The notes under the pieces are model-generated. The model saw only the letters and a list, made by a program, of their open reading frames with translations. It was not told the DNA's origin and did no database searches. Below, one piece after another: positions 46,033 through 55,164 of a DNA stretch of 57,205 nucleotides. Origin of the DNA: an uncultured Isosphaeraceae bacterium (GTDB lineage Bacteria > Planctomycetota > Phycisphaerae > Phycisphaerales > SM1A02); the NCBI GenBank assembly GCA_964610365.1, contig CAZSVT010000001.1, positions 1 through 57,205 of the forward strand, given 5' to 3'. The number at the start of each line of letters is the position of its first letter. Position 1 is the stretch's first letter. A program made the translations under genes and the position numbers.

Positions 46033-49032
46033 ATGGCCGCATCGCCCACCCTCTACCTGGTCGACGGACACGCGCAGTTCTTCCGCGCCTACCACGCCAT
46101 CCGCGGCGGGCTGCGCAGCGCGATCACCAACGAGCCGACCAACATGGTCTTCGGCTTCACCGGCATGCTGGCGAAGGTCCTCCGCGAGCAGAAGCCCGAC
46201 TACCTGGCGGTGGTGATCGACGCCTCCGGCGACCACGGGACCTTCCGAAGCCGGATCTACCCCGAGTACAAGGCCCATCGGGAGGCGCCGCCGGAGGACT
46301 TCGAACCGCAGGTGGAGCGCTGCCTGGAACTCTGCCGCGTGCTGGGCATCCCGGTGCTGGCGGTGGAGGGCGTGGAGGCGGACGACGTGATCGCCACGCT
46401 GGTGCGGCGACTGCGCCGCGAGCGGCCCGATCTCCGCATCCGGATCGTCAGCAAGGACAAGGATCTCGGCCAACTCCTCGACACCGCCACCACGCTCTAC
46501 GACGCGCACACCGGCGCCGAGCTCTCGGTGGAGGACCTCTTCGAGAGCAAGGGCGTGCGCCCCGAGCAGGTGGTGGACATGCTGGCGCTCATGGGCGATT
46601 CGGTGGACAACGTGCCCGGCGTGCGTGGCATCGGCCCCAAGACCGCCGCGGCGCTGATCACCGAGTTCGGCTCGCTCGACGCCCTGTTGGCGGGCCTGGA
46701 TCGCGTGAAAGGCAAGAAGCGCGAGAGCATCGAGGCGGCCCGCGATCAGCTCCCGCTGGCGCGGACGCTGGTCACGCTCAAGGACGACTGCGAGGTGCCG
46801 TTCTCGCTGGACCAGGCGCGCGTCGATCTGTCACGCGTCGATCCGTCCGCGGTGCTGGAGCTCCTCCATCAGCTCGGCTTCGGCCGCCTGCGCGACGAGA
46901 TGAAGGCGCTCCTGCCGGGCGCGAAGTCCGGGACGGCGGGCGAGCCCGGGCCGGCGCCGGTGCCGGGCGCCGGCGGAAGCGCGACGGTTGCCGAGGCCGG
47001 CGCACGCGCCGCGTCCGTGGGCGCTCGTGACGACGCGGCCCGCGGCACGACCGAGGCGAAGGGGCGGACCCGACGGCGCAGCGGCGCCGACGACGACGCG
47101 AAGGCCGGCCCCTCGCTCTTCGCGGCGGAGGCCGGCGCCGACGCGAGCAACGCTCCGGCGGGGGCGGAGGCCCGCGACGATCGCGCCGATTGCCGCTACC
47201 GGATGCTGGCGGACACCGCGTCGCTGCAGCGCTTCGTGGAGGAAGCGCGGCGGGCCGCGTCCGACGGCGCCGTGCTCGCCGTGGACACCGAGACGGACGG
47301 CCTGGCCGCCCATCGCGCCCGGCTCTGCGGCGTGAGCCTCTGCTTCCAGGCTCGAAGCGCGGTCTATGTGCCCACCCTGTCGCCCGAGCCATCGCGGCAC
47401 CTGGACGCGGAGGCGGCCCTGCGGCTGCTGCGGCCGCTCCTCGAGGATCCGGCGGTTCCGAAGGTGGGACACAATCTCAAGTTCGACCTCAATGTGCTGC
47501 GCCATCACGGCGTCGCGCTCCGGGGCATCGCCGGCGACTCGATGATCGCCAGCTACCTGGTGGACTCGACGCGCTCGAGCCACGGACTCGACGCCCTGGC
47601 GGAGAACCTGCTCGGCCACCGCTGCATTCCCATCTCCGAGCTCATCGGCGCCGGCCGCGAGCAGCGCACGTTCGACACGGTGGCGCTGGAACGGGCCACG
47701 GAGTACGCGGCCGAGGACGCCGACATCGCCTGGCGACTGGCGGAGCTCCTCCATCCGCAGGTGATCTCGATGGGGCTCGAGCCGCTCTACCGCCAGGTGG
47801 AACTGCCGATGGTGGAAGTCCTCGCCGATCTCGAGTGGCACGGCATCCGCGTGGACGCCGCGGAACTCGAGCGCCAGCAGTCGCGCCTGGAGAAGGAGAT
47901 CGAGGCCCTCCGCCGGCGGATCGTGGACGCCGCGCCGCGGCCGTTCAATCCCGATTCGCCGAAGCAGCTCTCGGAGGTCCTCTTCCGCAAGCCCACCGAC
48001 GAGCCGCCCGGGCTTGGGTTGCGCGTCATCAAGCGCACCAAGACCGGGGCGAGCACCGATGTGGAGGTGCTGGAGAAGCTCGCGGCGAGTCCCGACGTGG
48101 AGAGCGAGCTGCCGTCGATGATCGTGCAATACCGGCGACTCTCGAAGCTCGTCGGCACCTACCTGGTGGCCCTGCGCGACGCGATCGATCCCGCCGACGG
48201 TCGCGTTCATGCCAGCTTCCACCAGACGGTGGCGGCCACGGGGCGTCTCAGCTCGAGCGATCCCAACCTCCAGAACATCCCCATCCGCACCGAGGTGGGT
48301 CGCGAGGTGCGCAAGGCCTTCGTGGCGGCGCCGGGCCACCGCCTGCTCGCCGCGGACTACTCGCAGATCGAGCTTCGCCTCCTGGCGCACCTTTCGGGCG
48401 ACGAGGCCCTGCGCGACGCCTTCCGACGCGGCGCGGACATCCATCGGGCGGTGGCGGCCGAGGTCTACGGGGTGGCGCCGGAGGCGGTCACCGACGAGCA
48501 GCGCGGCGCCGCGAAGATGGTGAACTTCGGCATCGTCTACGGGATCACGCCCTACGGCCTGTCGCGCCGGCTCGGCGGGGCGGCCTCGGTGGAGCGGGCC
48601 CGGAAGATCATCGAGGACTACAACGCCCGCTTCCGCGGGATCGGCGCCTTTCTCGCCTCATGCGTGGAACAGGCGCGGACCCACGGCTTCGTGACGACCA
48701 TCCTCGGGCGCCGGCGGCCGGTGCCGCAGATCGCGTCGCGCAACCAGGCGGAGCGGGCCCTCGGAGAACGCATCGCCATCAACACCGTGGTGCAGGGGAG
48801 CGCCGCCGACCTCATCAAGGTGGCCATGATCCGCCTCGCCCGAGCGCTGCCGTCCCGGCATCCCGGCGCGCGCATGCTCCTGCAGATCCACGACGAACTG
48901 GTCCTCGAGGTCCCGGAGCGAGAGGTGGACGCGGTGCGGACGACGGTGGTGGAGGCGATGGAACGGGCGATGGAACTCTCGGTCCCGCTCCGCGTGGACA
49001 CCGGCGTGGGCGAGAACTGGTTCGACGCCTAG
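46033..49032 (+). CDS. polA: DNA polymerase I
   Basis: The 5'-nuclease segment is LYLVDGHAQFFRAYHA. The 3'-5' exo motif is LAVDTETDGL. Polymerase motifs are LLAADYSQIELRLLAH, RGAAKMVNFGIVYG and LQIHDELVLE. A ~90 aa low-complexity linker separates the nuclease and exo domains. Confidence 0.97.
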   Translation: MAASPTLYLVDGHAQFFRAYHAIRGGLRSAITNEPTNMVFGFTGMLAKVLREQKPDYLAVVIDASGDHGTFRSRIYPEYKAHREAPPEDFEPQVERCLELCRVLGIPVLAVEGVEADDVIATLVRRLRRERPDLRIRIVSKDKDLGQLLDTATTLYDAHTGAELSVEDLFESKGVRPEQVVDMLALMGDSVDNVPGVRGIGPKTAAALITEFGSLDALLAGLDRVKGKKRESIEAARDQLPLARTLVTLKDDCEVPFSLDQARVDLSRVDPSAVLELLHQLGFGRLRDEMKALLPGAKSGTAGEPGPAPVPGAGGSATVAEAGARAASVGARDDAARGTTEAKGRTRRRSGADDDAKAGPSLFAAEAGADASNAPAGAEARDDRADCRYRMLADTASLQRFVEEARRAASDGAVLAVDTETDGLAAHRARLCGVSLCFQARSAVYVPTLSPEPSRHLDAEAALRLLRPLLEDPAVPKVGHNLKFDLNVLRHHGVALRGIAGDSMIASYLVDSTRSSHGLDALAENLLGHRCIPISELIGAGREQRTFDTVALERATEYAAEDADIAWRLAELLHPQVISMGLEPLYRQVELPMVEVLADLEWHGIRVDAAELERQQSRLEKEIEALRRRIVDAAPRPFNPDSPKQLSEVLFRKPTDEPPGLGLRVIKRTKTGASTDVEVLEKLAASPDVESELPSMIVQYRRLSKLVGTYLVALRDAIDPADGRVHASFHQTVAATGRLSSSDPNLQNIPIRTEVGREVRKAFVAAPGHRLLAADYSQIELRLLAHLSGDEALRDAFRRGADIHRAVAAEVYGVAPEAVTDEQRGAAKMVNFGIVYGITPYGLSRRLGGAASVERARKIIEDYNARFRGIGAFLASCVEQARTHGFVTTILGRRRPVPQIASRNQAERALGERIAINTVVQGSAADLIKVAMIRLARALPSRHPGARMLLQIHDELVLEVPEREVDAVRTTVVEAMERAMELSVPLRVDTGVGENWFDA

Positions 49033-49039
49033 ACCCGGC

Positions 49040-49067
49040 TTGACGAACGCCCCTTCGTCCATACACT
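49040..49067 (+). promoter_or_regulatory. Candidate sigma70-type promoter for the tRNA-Asp/tRNA-Val genes
   Basis: TTGACG (49040-49045) is followed by a 16-nt spacer and TACACT (49062-49067), ~30 nt upstream of tRNA-Asp. It overlaps a small hairpin (gacgaa-N6-ttcgtc) just after the polA stop. Confidence 0.4.
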
Positions 49068-49097
49068 GTGTCGCTCGAGGCCGACCCTCGAATGGTC

Positions 49098-49171
49098 GGG
49101 GCGGTAGCTCAATTGGTTAGAGTACCGGCTTGTCACGCCGGTGGTTGCGGGTTCGATTCCCGTCCGCCTCG
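49098..49171 (+). tRNA. tRNA-Asp (anticodon GTC)
   Basis: Hand-folded cloverleaf: acceptor GGGGCGG/CCGCCTC (one G-U), D arm GCTC..GAGT, anticodon stem CCGGC/GCCGG with loop TTGTCAC, T arm GCGGG-TTCGATT-CCCGT, discriminator G. CCA is not encoded. Confidence 0.9.
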
Positions 49172-49178
49172 CTTCTCT

Positions 49179-49204
49179 GGAGCCGTCGCACCCGCGGCGG
49201 CTCC
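49179..49204 (+). terminator. Hairpin plus T-rich tail between the two tRNA genes (terminator or processing element candidate)
   Basis: GGAGCCG-N12-CGGCTCC is followed by gttcgtttcc. Confidence 0.25.
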
Positions 49205-49246
49205 GTTCGTTTCCGGCGCGTCGGCGAGCGTCGTCGCGCGTCGCGC

Positions 49247-49319
49247 GGGCGCTTAGCTCAGCGGCGAGAGCACTGCCTTTACACGGCAGGGGTCGCTGGT
49301 TCGAATCCAGCAGCGCCCA
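49247..49319 (+). tRNA. tRNA-Val (anticodon TAC)
   Basis: Hand-folded cloverleaf: acceptor GGGCGCT/AGCGCCC, D arm GCTC..GAGC, anticodon stem CTGCC/GGCAG with loop TTTACAC, T arm GCTGG-TTCGAAT-CCAGC, discriminator A. CCA is not encoded. Confidence 0.9.
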
Positions 49320-49341
49320 CTGGACGGCACGGGAGCCCGAA

Positions 49342-52300
49342 GTGTCCACGGAGCCAACGGCATCGGTCGGTTCGCAGGCCCCGCGTCTGCCCATCGACGC
49401 GCACCGCGCCGAGATCGCCGCCCTGGTGCGGGATCACCCGGTGGTGATCGTCTGCGGGGAGACCGGGTCGGGGAAGAGCACGCAGCTCCCCCGGATCTGC
49501 CTGGAGGCGGGGCGCGGGGAGCAGGGGACCATCGCCCTGACCCAGCCGAGGCGCCTGGCGGCCCGCTCCATCGCCGCCCGCATCGCCGCCGAGACGGGGA
49601 CCGCCCTCGGGTCGCTCGTGGGGTACCAAGTCCGGTTCGATCGCCGCGCCAGCGCCCGCACGCGCCTGCGCGTGGTCACCGACGGCGTGCTGCTCTCGGA
49701 GCTGGCGGTCGATCCGCTCCTGCGCCGCTACGACACGATCCTGGTGGACGAGGCGCACGAGCGGAGCATCAACATCGACCTCCTGCTCGGGGCCCTGGTG
49801 GGACTCCTGCGCCGGCGACCGGAGCTGCGCGTGGTGATCACCAGCGCCACGATCGACCCGGAGCGCTTCGCCGCCCACTTCGGCGGCGCGCCGATCGTCG
49901 AGGTCTCGGGGCGCGGATTCCCCATCGAGATCGAGTGGCGCGAGCCGGCCGGCGCGTCGGGCGACGCGGATCCCTCGTCGCCGGACGCGGTGGTGCCCGC
50001 GGTGCGCGAGTGCCTGGAACGACTGCCCGAGGGCGATCTCCTGGTCTTCCTTCCGGGCGAGCGGGAGATCGGCGACTGCGCCGAGGCGCTCCGATCGGTG
50101 CCGTCGATGCGCGGCGTGGAGATCCTTCCGCTCATGGCGCGCCTGGGCGACGAGGCGCAGGACCGCATCTTCGCCGCTCACCGCGCCCGGCGCGTGGTGC
50201 TGGCCACCAATGTGGCGGAGACGAGCCTGACGGTGCCGGGCATCCGCGCCGTCGTCGACAGCGGCCTGGCCAGGCTGCGCCGCTACTCCGGGCGCAGCCG
50301 CGTGGAGCGGCTGCTGGTGGAGCCGATCTCGCGGGCGAGCGCCGCCCAGCGGGCCGGTCGCTGCGGTCGCGTGGGTCCGGGGCTCTGCGTGCGGCTCTAC
50401 TCCGAGGCGTCGTGGGCGGAACGGCCGGAGCGCACCACGCCGGAGATCCTGCGCAGCGACCTGGCGGGCGTGGTGCTGCGGATGAAGGCCGCGGGACTGG
50501 GGGATCCATCCTCCTTCCCGTTCCTCGATGCCCCGGCGCCGCGGCTCTGGCAGGACGGTCTCGACACGCTCGTCGAGCTTGGAGCGATCGATCGGCGCGG
50601 CGGGCTCACGGCGGTGGGCCGGGCCATGTCGGAGCTGCCGGTGGACCCGAGGATCGCGCGGATGATCGTGGCGGCGCAGCGCTCGGAGTGCCTCGAGCCC
50701 GTGCTGGCGATCGCCGCCGCGCTCTCGGTGCAGGATCCCATCGAGACGCCTGCACCCACGGCGTCGGCGGCGCCTTCGCCGGCAGCGGCGCCAAGCGAGT
50801 CCAACGGCGGTCCGCCGCCGGTCCTGGCCGACGCCGCGGTCCGGCGCGAGCGCCACCCGGACTCCGACTTCATCGCGCTCTGGCATCTCTGGCAGGAGGT
50901 GCAGGAGGCGCGCCGCACCCGCGGCTCGAGCGCCATGAATCGCTGGTGCCGCGAACAGGGGCTCTCGCCCCGTCGCGTGCGGGAGTGGCAGGAGGTGCAT
51001 GATCAGCTGGAGCGGCTCTCCGGGAGAGGACGGCCGGACGAACGCGCCGCCGCTCCGGGACCGAGCACGGACGCCACCATCCACCGGGCATTGCTCGCGG
51101 GTCTCGCGTCGCGGGTCGGCCGACGCCAGGACGACGGCACCTATGCGAATCCCTCCGGCGGGGCGTTCTCCATCCATCGCTCCAGCGCTCTGGCCCGCAA
51201 GTCGCCCACCTGGATCATGGCGGCGGAGATCATGGACACGGGTCGGCGCACGGCGCGGCTGGCGGCGCGCATCCAGGGCGACTGGATCGAGCGCGTCGCC
51301 CCGCACCTGGTGCGGCGGCAGCACAGCGAGCCGCACTGGATCGCGGAGTCGGGCCATGTGGCGGCGTGGGAGAAGGTGCTCTTCGGTTCGCTGGTGGTGG
51401 TGCCGCGGCGACGCGTGCCCTACGAGCCGATCGACCCCGAGGGCGCGCGGAACGTCTTCATCCATGCGGCGCTGGTGGACGAAGGGCTCCGGTCGTCGGC
51501 GGAGTTCCTGGAGCACAACCGCACCCTCCGCGAACGCATCGAGCGGGCCGAGCACAAGCGCCGCGAATCGGGGCTCCTGGTGGACGTGGAGGCGCGCTAC
51601 GCCTTCTACGACGCCCGGCTTCCTCCCTCGGTGGTGAACGCCCCGTCGTTCGAGGCATGGCGCCGCGACGCGGAGCGCCGCGATCCGCGCATCCTCTTCA
51701 TGCGCGAGCAGGACCTGCTGGCGCGACCGGTGGACGTCTCCGCCTTCCCCGACGAGATCGGGACCGCCGCCGGACCGGTCCCGCTGCGCTACGACCACGC
51801 CCCCGGGACGATCCAGGACGGCGTGACCATGCGCGTGCCGCTCTCGGCGCTGGGCGCCGTGGACGCCGAGAAGGCCGAGTGGCTGGTGCCGGGACTCCGC
51901 GCCGCCAAGGTGGAGGCGCTCCTGCGCTCGCTCCCCAAGCGGCTGCGGACGCGCTTCGTCCCCGCCCGGGACTTCGCGCAGGGCGCGGTGGAGCACTTCG
52001 CGCGGCAGGCGTGCGACGGCTCCCTCCGCGCGGCGCTGGCGCGCTACCTCACCTCGCTGGCGGGAACCGCGGTGGAGCCCTCGGACTTCGACCTGCGGGC
52101 GCTTCCGGAGGAACTGCACATGCGCTTCGAGGTCATCGGCGACGACGGCGCCGTCCTCGACTCGGGGCGCGATCTCGGCGCCCTGCAGGCGACGTGGGCG
52201 GGGCGCGCCGCCGACGAGTTCCGAGCCCGCGCGCTGCGCGCCGCGCCCGGCGCCGAGGTGCACGGTCGGTCCGCCTGGGACTTCGATGCGATCCCGGAGC

Positions 52301-53157
52301 GGATCGACCTGGGGCACGGCGCCTGGGCCCATCCCGCGGTGGTGGACGAGGGCGAGGGCGTGGGCGTCGGCGTCCGTCTCATGCCGAGTGCGGACGAGGC
52401 GGAGGAGGCGATGCGGCAAGGCCTGCGGCGACTGGCCCTGGTCGAGCTGGCGGCGCCCATCCAGCACCATCTCTCGTTCCACGCCGCATGGCCGCGCATC
52501 GAGGAGCGATGGCCGCTGCTCGCCGCGGACGCGTCGTCCGATCGCTCCGGCGGGTCCGAATCACCGTCGCGGCGCGCCCTGCGACGGGCGTCGGAGCTGG
52601 CCGTGGAGCACGCGGCGCTCCAGGCGCCGCTGCCGAGGTCCGCGGAGGCGTTCGAAGCGCGACTGCTCCAGGCGGCGCCGCGCCTCCACGAGCGCTGCGC
52701 CGAGGTCGTCGCGCTCGTCGATCGACTGCTCGAGGCGACGGCGTCGATCCGCGCCGAACTGGCCGCCGGAACTCCGGCGGCCTGGTCCGAGGCGGTCGAG
52801 TCGATCGCCACGCACCTGGATGCCACGGCGCGGGAGTCGCTCTTCGATCGATCGATGTCGGAGGTGGCGCTGGCGTCGTCGTCGATCGAGGCCGACCGGG
52901 CCCGGCTGCGCCGACTTCCCCACGGCGGCGCGGAGCGCGATCGGCAGGCCGCGGCCCGCGTGGCGCCATGGGCGCTGCGCGCGGCGGCGGCGCTCCAGGC
53001 CCATCCGGCGGGATCCCCGCGGCATGGCGCGGCGCGGTCGTTCGCCCGCGAGGCGGAGCGACTGCGCGTGGCGGTGCACGGCGGGCGTCCCGGGTTTCCG
53101 GCGCCGATCGCGACGATCGAGTCGGAGCTGGAGCGGCTCTGGTCGGCGCTGGCGTGA
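49342..53157 (+). CDS. hrpA: ATP-dependent RNA helicase HrpA (DEAH-box)
   Basis: The first in-frame start after tRNA-Val is GTG 49342. Helicase motifs are GETGSGKSTQLP, VDEAHERS, SATID, TNVAETSLTVPG and QRAGRCGR. The ~1270 aa length fits HrpA rather than HrpB. Confidence 0.9.
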   Translation: MSTEPTASVGSQAPRLPIDAHRAEIAALVRDHPVVIVCGETGSGKSTQLPRICLEAGRGEQGTIALTQPRRLAARSIAARIAAETGTALGSLVGYQVRFDRRASARTRLRVVTDGVLLSELAVDPLLRRYDTILVDEAHERSINIDLLLGALVGLLRRRPELRVVITSATIDPERFAAHFGGAPIVEVSGRGFPIEIEWREPAGASGDADPSSPDAVVPAVRECLERLPEGDLLVFLPGEREIGDCAEALRSVPSMRGVEILPLMARLGDEAQDRIFAAHRARRVVLATNVAETSLTVPGIRAVVDSGLARLRRYSGRSRVERLLVEPISRASAAQRAGRCGRVGPGLCVRLYSEASWAERPERTTPEILRSDLAGVVLRMKAAGLGDPSSFPFLDAPAPRLWQDGLDTLVELGAIDRRGGLTAVGRAMSELPVDPRIARMIVAAQRSECLEPVLAIAAALSVQDPIETPAPTASAAPSPAAAPSESNGGPPPVLADAAVRRERHPDSDFIALWHLWQEVQEARRTRGSSAMNRWCREQGLSPRRVREWQEVHDQLERLSGRGRPDERAAAPGPSTDATIHRALLAGLASRVGRRQDDGTYANPSGGAFSIHRSSALARKSPTWIMAAEIMDTGRRTARLAARIQGDWIERVAPHLVRRQHSEPHWIAESGHVAAWEKVLFGSLVVVPRRRVPYEPIDPEGARNVFIHAALVDEGLRSSAEFLEHNRTLRERIERAEHKRRESGLLVDVEARYAFYDARLPPSVVNAPSFEAWRRDAERRDPRILFMREQDLLARPVDVSAFPDEIGTAAGPVPLRYDHAPGTIQDGVTMRVPLSALGAVDAEKAEWLVPGLRAAKVEALLRSLPKRLRTRFVPARDFAQGAVEHFARQACDGSLRAALARYLTSLAGTAVEPSDFDLRALPEELHMRFEVIGDDGAVLDSGRDLGALQATWAGRAADEFRARALRAAPGAEVHGRSAWDFDAIPERIDLGHGAWAHPAVVDEGEGVGVGVRLMPSADEAEEAMRQGLRRLALVELAAPIQHHLSFHAAWPRIEERWPLLAADASSDRSGGSESPSRRALRRASELAVEHAALQAPLPRSAEAFEARLLQAAPRLHERCAEVVALVDRLLEATASIRAELAAGTPAAWSEAVESIATHLDATARESLFDRSMSEVALASSSIEADRARLRRLPHGGAERDRQAAARVAPWALRAAAALQAHPAGSPRHGAARSFAREAERLRVAVHGGRPGFPAPIATIESELERLWSALA

Positions 53158-53231
53158 CGGGCGCGGCCGGCGGACGGGCGCGGCGGCGCGCGCCGGGCAC
53201 CGGCGAGGGCATCGCCGCGATGCGGCGGCCG

Positions 53232-53456
53232 TCAGCGGCGCTTCCGCTGCGACAGTTCCTTGCGCAGGATCGAGTTCTCGCGGCGCGTCGCCTCGAGATC
53301 GAACGCCAGGTACTTGACGGAGAGACGCAGCGTGTCCAGCGCGTCGCGCATTTCGTGGAGGCGCTGGCGCATCACCGGGTCGGCGGTGCTGCCGTCGCTC
53401 TCGGCGAGCATGCGCTCCACGAGTTCCGCGAGCTTGGCCTGGAGCAGAGGATCCAT
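53232..53456 (-). CDS. Small coiled-coil protein (hypothetical, 74 aa)
   Basis: ATG 53456 gives MDPLLQAKLAELVERMLAES...LDTLRLSVKYLAFDLEATRRENSILRKELSQRKRR. It is heptad-like throughout. The upstream part of the ORF is Pro/Arg junk. Confidence 0.4.
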   Translation of the reverse strand: MDPLLQAKLAELVERMLAESDGSTADPVMRQRLHEMRDALDTLRLSVKYLAFDLEATRRENSILRKELSQRKRR

Positions 53457-53645
53457 GGGTTCGACCGATCTTGGGTGGCGTGCGGAGGACGACCGCCCGG
53501 GGGTCGTCCGTTGCCACAGGCTGCGCCCGATTCGGCCGGGGATGAAGGGCGGCGGCGGGGAAGGCGATCGATCGCCCCACACGGTCGGTGCAGCCGCGCC
53601 AGTCGGAAGGTCGGGTCCCGGAAGCGTGGTCGCCGCGCCCCGACC

Positions 53646-54290
53646 TCAGGCGCGGCCGGACTGCTGGAGGCGCTTCACCGCCGCCACGGCCGCCGCCGGC
53701 GCCCGGGCGAGCAGCGGCTCCAGCGGCTGCCGGTCGCGCCGCAGTTCCTGGAGCAGCCGCGCGATGTGCGTCTCCAGTTCGAATCGCCAGCGCTGATGGA
53801 ACTGTTCCAGCTCGTGGCGGCTGAAGCGGCTCAGGGGATCGTCGAGCCCGCTCTGGGCGATCGCCCATTCGATGAGTCCGGTTCCCGTGGGGGCGAATCG
53901 GTAGAGGGAGAGGGCGTTCTCCATCCGCTTGATGGAGCTGAGGAAGGGATCGGTGGCGCGCGGAGGGAGCGAGCACATCACCTCCTCCGGTCGTCGACGG
54001 GCGATTTCGCCGAGCCATCCGCCTTCGTGGCGAGCCTCCGCGTCCACCAGCGTGGTCTGGGTGTGCAGCCGGGCGGCGATGTCCGCCGGTTCCGCGCTCT
54101 CCACCGGCTCGGGCGCGGCCACGCTCACCAGGAGCGTCTTCAGTCCCACCGACGGGAAGCGCACCCAGGCGCGCTGATCGGGCTGACCGTCGCGCACGAT
54201 CATCTCGATGCGCGTCACTTCGCCGATGCCCCACTCGGGGCGCTTGGGATGACGAACCTTGTCGCCTCGCTTCAACACCGTGGCCGGCAT
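53646..54290 (-). CDS. DUF3553-like domain protein (hypothetical)
   Basis: The N-terminus LKRGDKVRHPKRPEWGIGEV matches my recollection of the DUF3553 signature. The remaining ~150 aa are helical with no recognised motif. Confidence 0.5.
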   Translation of the reverse strand: MPATVLKRGDKVRHPKRPEWGIGEVTRIEMIVRDGQPDQRAWVRFPSVGLKTLLVSVAAPEPVESAEPADIAARLHTQTTLVDAEARHEGGWLGEIARRRPEEVMCSLPPRATDPFLSSIKRMENALSLYRFAPTGTGLIEWAIAQSGLDDPLSRFSRHELEQFHQRWRFELETHIARLLQELRRDRQPLEPLLARAPAAAVAAVKRLQQSGRA

Positions 54291-54345
54291 GTCTGGTTCC
54301 CGCGCTCAGCGCGAATCTGCGGCACCCTCGGCTCGCCGCTAGAGT

Positions 54346-55164
54346 GTGGCGATGCAACGCCCGATGACGCTCGTGTTCCTTGGAGATGTCGTCGGCGCAC
54401 CGGGGCGCCTCGCTCTCCAGCGGCACCTGGCGGCCGTGCGTGAACGATACACCGCATCCGCGGTGATTGCCAACGGGGAGAACATCCGGAATGGATCCGG
54501 CATCACGCCGGAGCTCTACCGGGCCCTCCGGCAGGCCGGCGTGGACGCGGTGACCCTCGGCGATCACTGCTTCCGTGATCCCCGGATCGTGCCGCTCCTG
54601 GAGGATCCGAACGAGCCCATCGCCCGACCCGCGAATCTCTCCGCCCGGGCCCCGGGCAAGACCCTCATCCGCATCCCGCCCGACGGCACGCGGGAGCGCA
54701 GCATCTACCTCTTCACCGTTCTCGGGCGCATCTTCTTCCCTCTTCCCGCGGACGATCCCTTTGCGCGAGCCGATGAGATCCTCGCCGGGATCCCCGAGAA
54801 GCAGCCCATCGTGATCGTGGAAGCGCACATGGAAGCCACCAGCGAGAAGGCGGCGCTGGCCCGCCACCTGGACGGCCGCGTCGCCGCCGTGGTGGGCACG
54901 CACACGCATGTCCCCACCGCGGATGCGCGATGCCTGCGCGGCGGCACCGCCTTCCAGACCGATCTGGGAATGTGCGGGCCCTACGACTCGGTCATCGGCC
55001 GCGACGCGGCGATGGTGGTGCGGCACATGCTCACCGCGCTGCCCGCGCAGTTCGAGGTGGCCGAAGGCGATGTGCGGATCTGCGGCTGCGCGATCGAGAT
55101 CGACCCGGCGAGCGGGCTGGCTCGGCGCATCGAGCGCGTGGAGGTGGTCGATGGCGCGGCATGA
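54346..55164 (+). CDS. ymdB: YmdB-like metallophosphoesterase (2',3'-cyclic-nucleotide phosphodiesterase family)
   Basis: Supporting segments are MTLVFLGDVVGAPGR, VIANGENIRNGSGIT, VTLGDHCF, VEAHMEATSEK and GTHTHVPTAD. The start could be GTG 54346, ATG 54352 or ATG 54364. Confidence 0.8.
   Translation: MAMQRPMTLVFLGDVVGAPGRLALQRHLAAVRERYTASAVIANGENIRNGSGITPELYRALRQAGVDAVTLGDHCFRDPRIVPLLEDPNEPIARPANLSARAPGKTLIRIPPDGTRERSIYLFTVLGRIFFPLPADDPFARADEILAGIPEKQPIVIVEAHMEATSEKAALARHLDGRVAAVVGTHTHVPTADARCLRGGTAFQTDLGMCGPYDSVIGRDAAMVVRHMLTALPAQFEVAEGDVRICGCAIEIDPASGLARRIERVEVVDGAA

Noticed and set aside
49141-49341. A 5' extension of the hrpA ORF.
   Set aside because: It runs through two well-folded tRNA genes, so a start upstream of 49320 is not credible.
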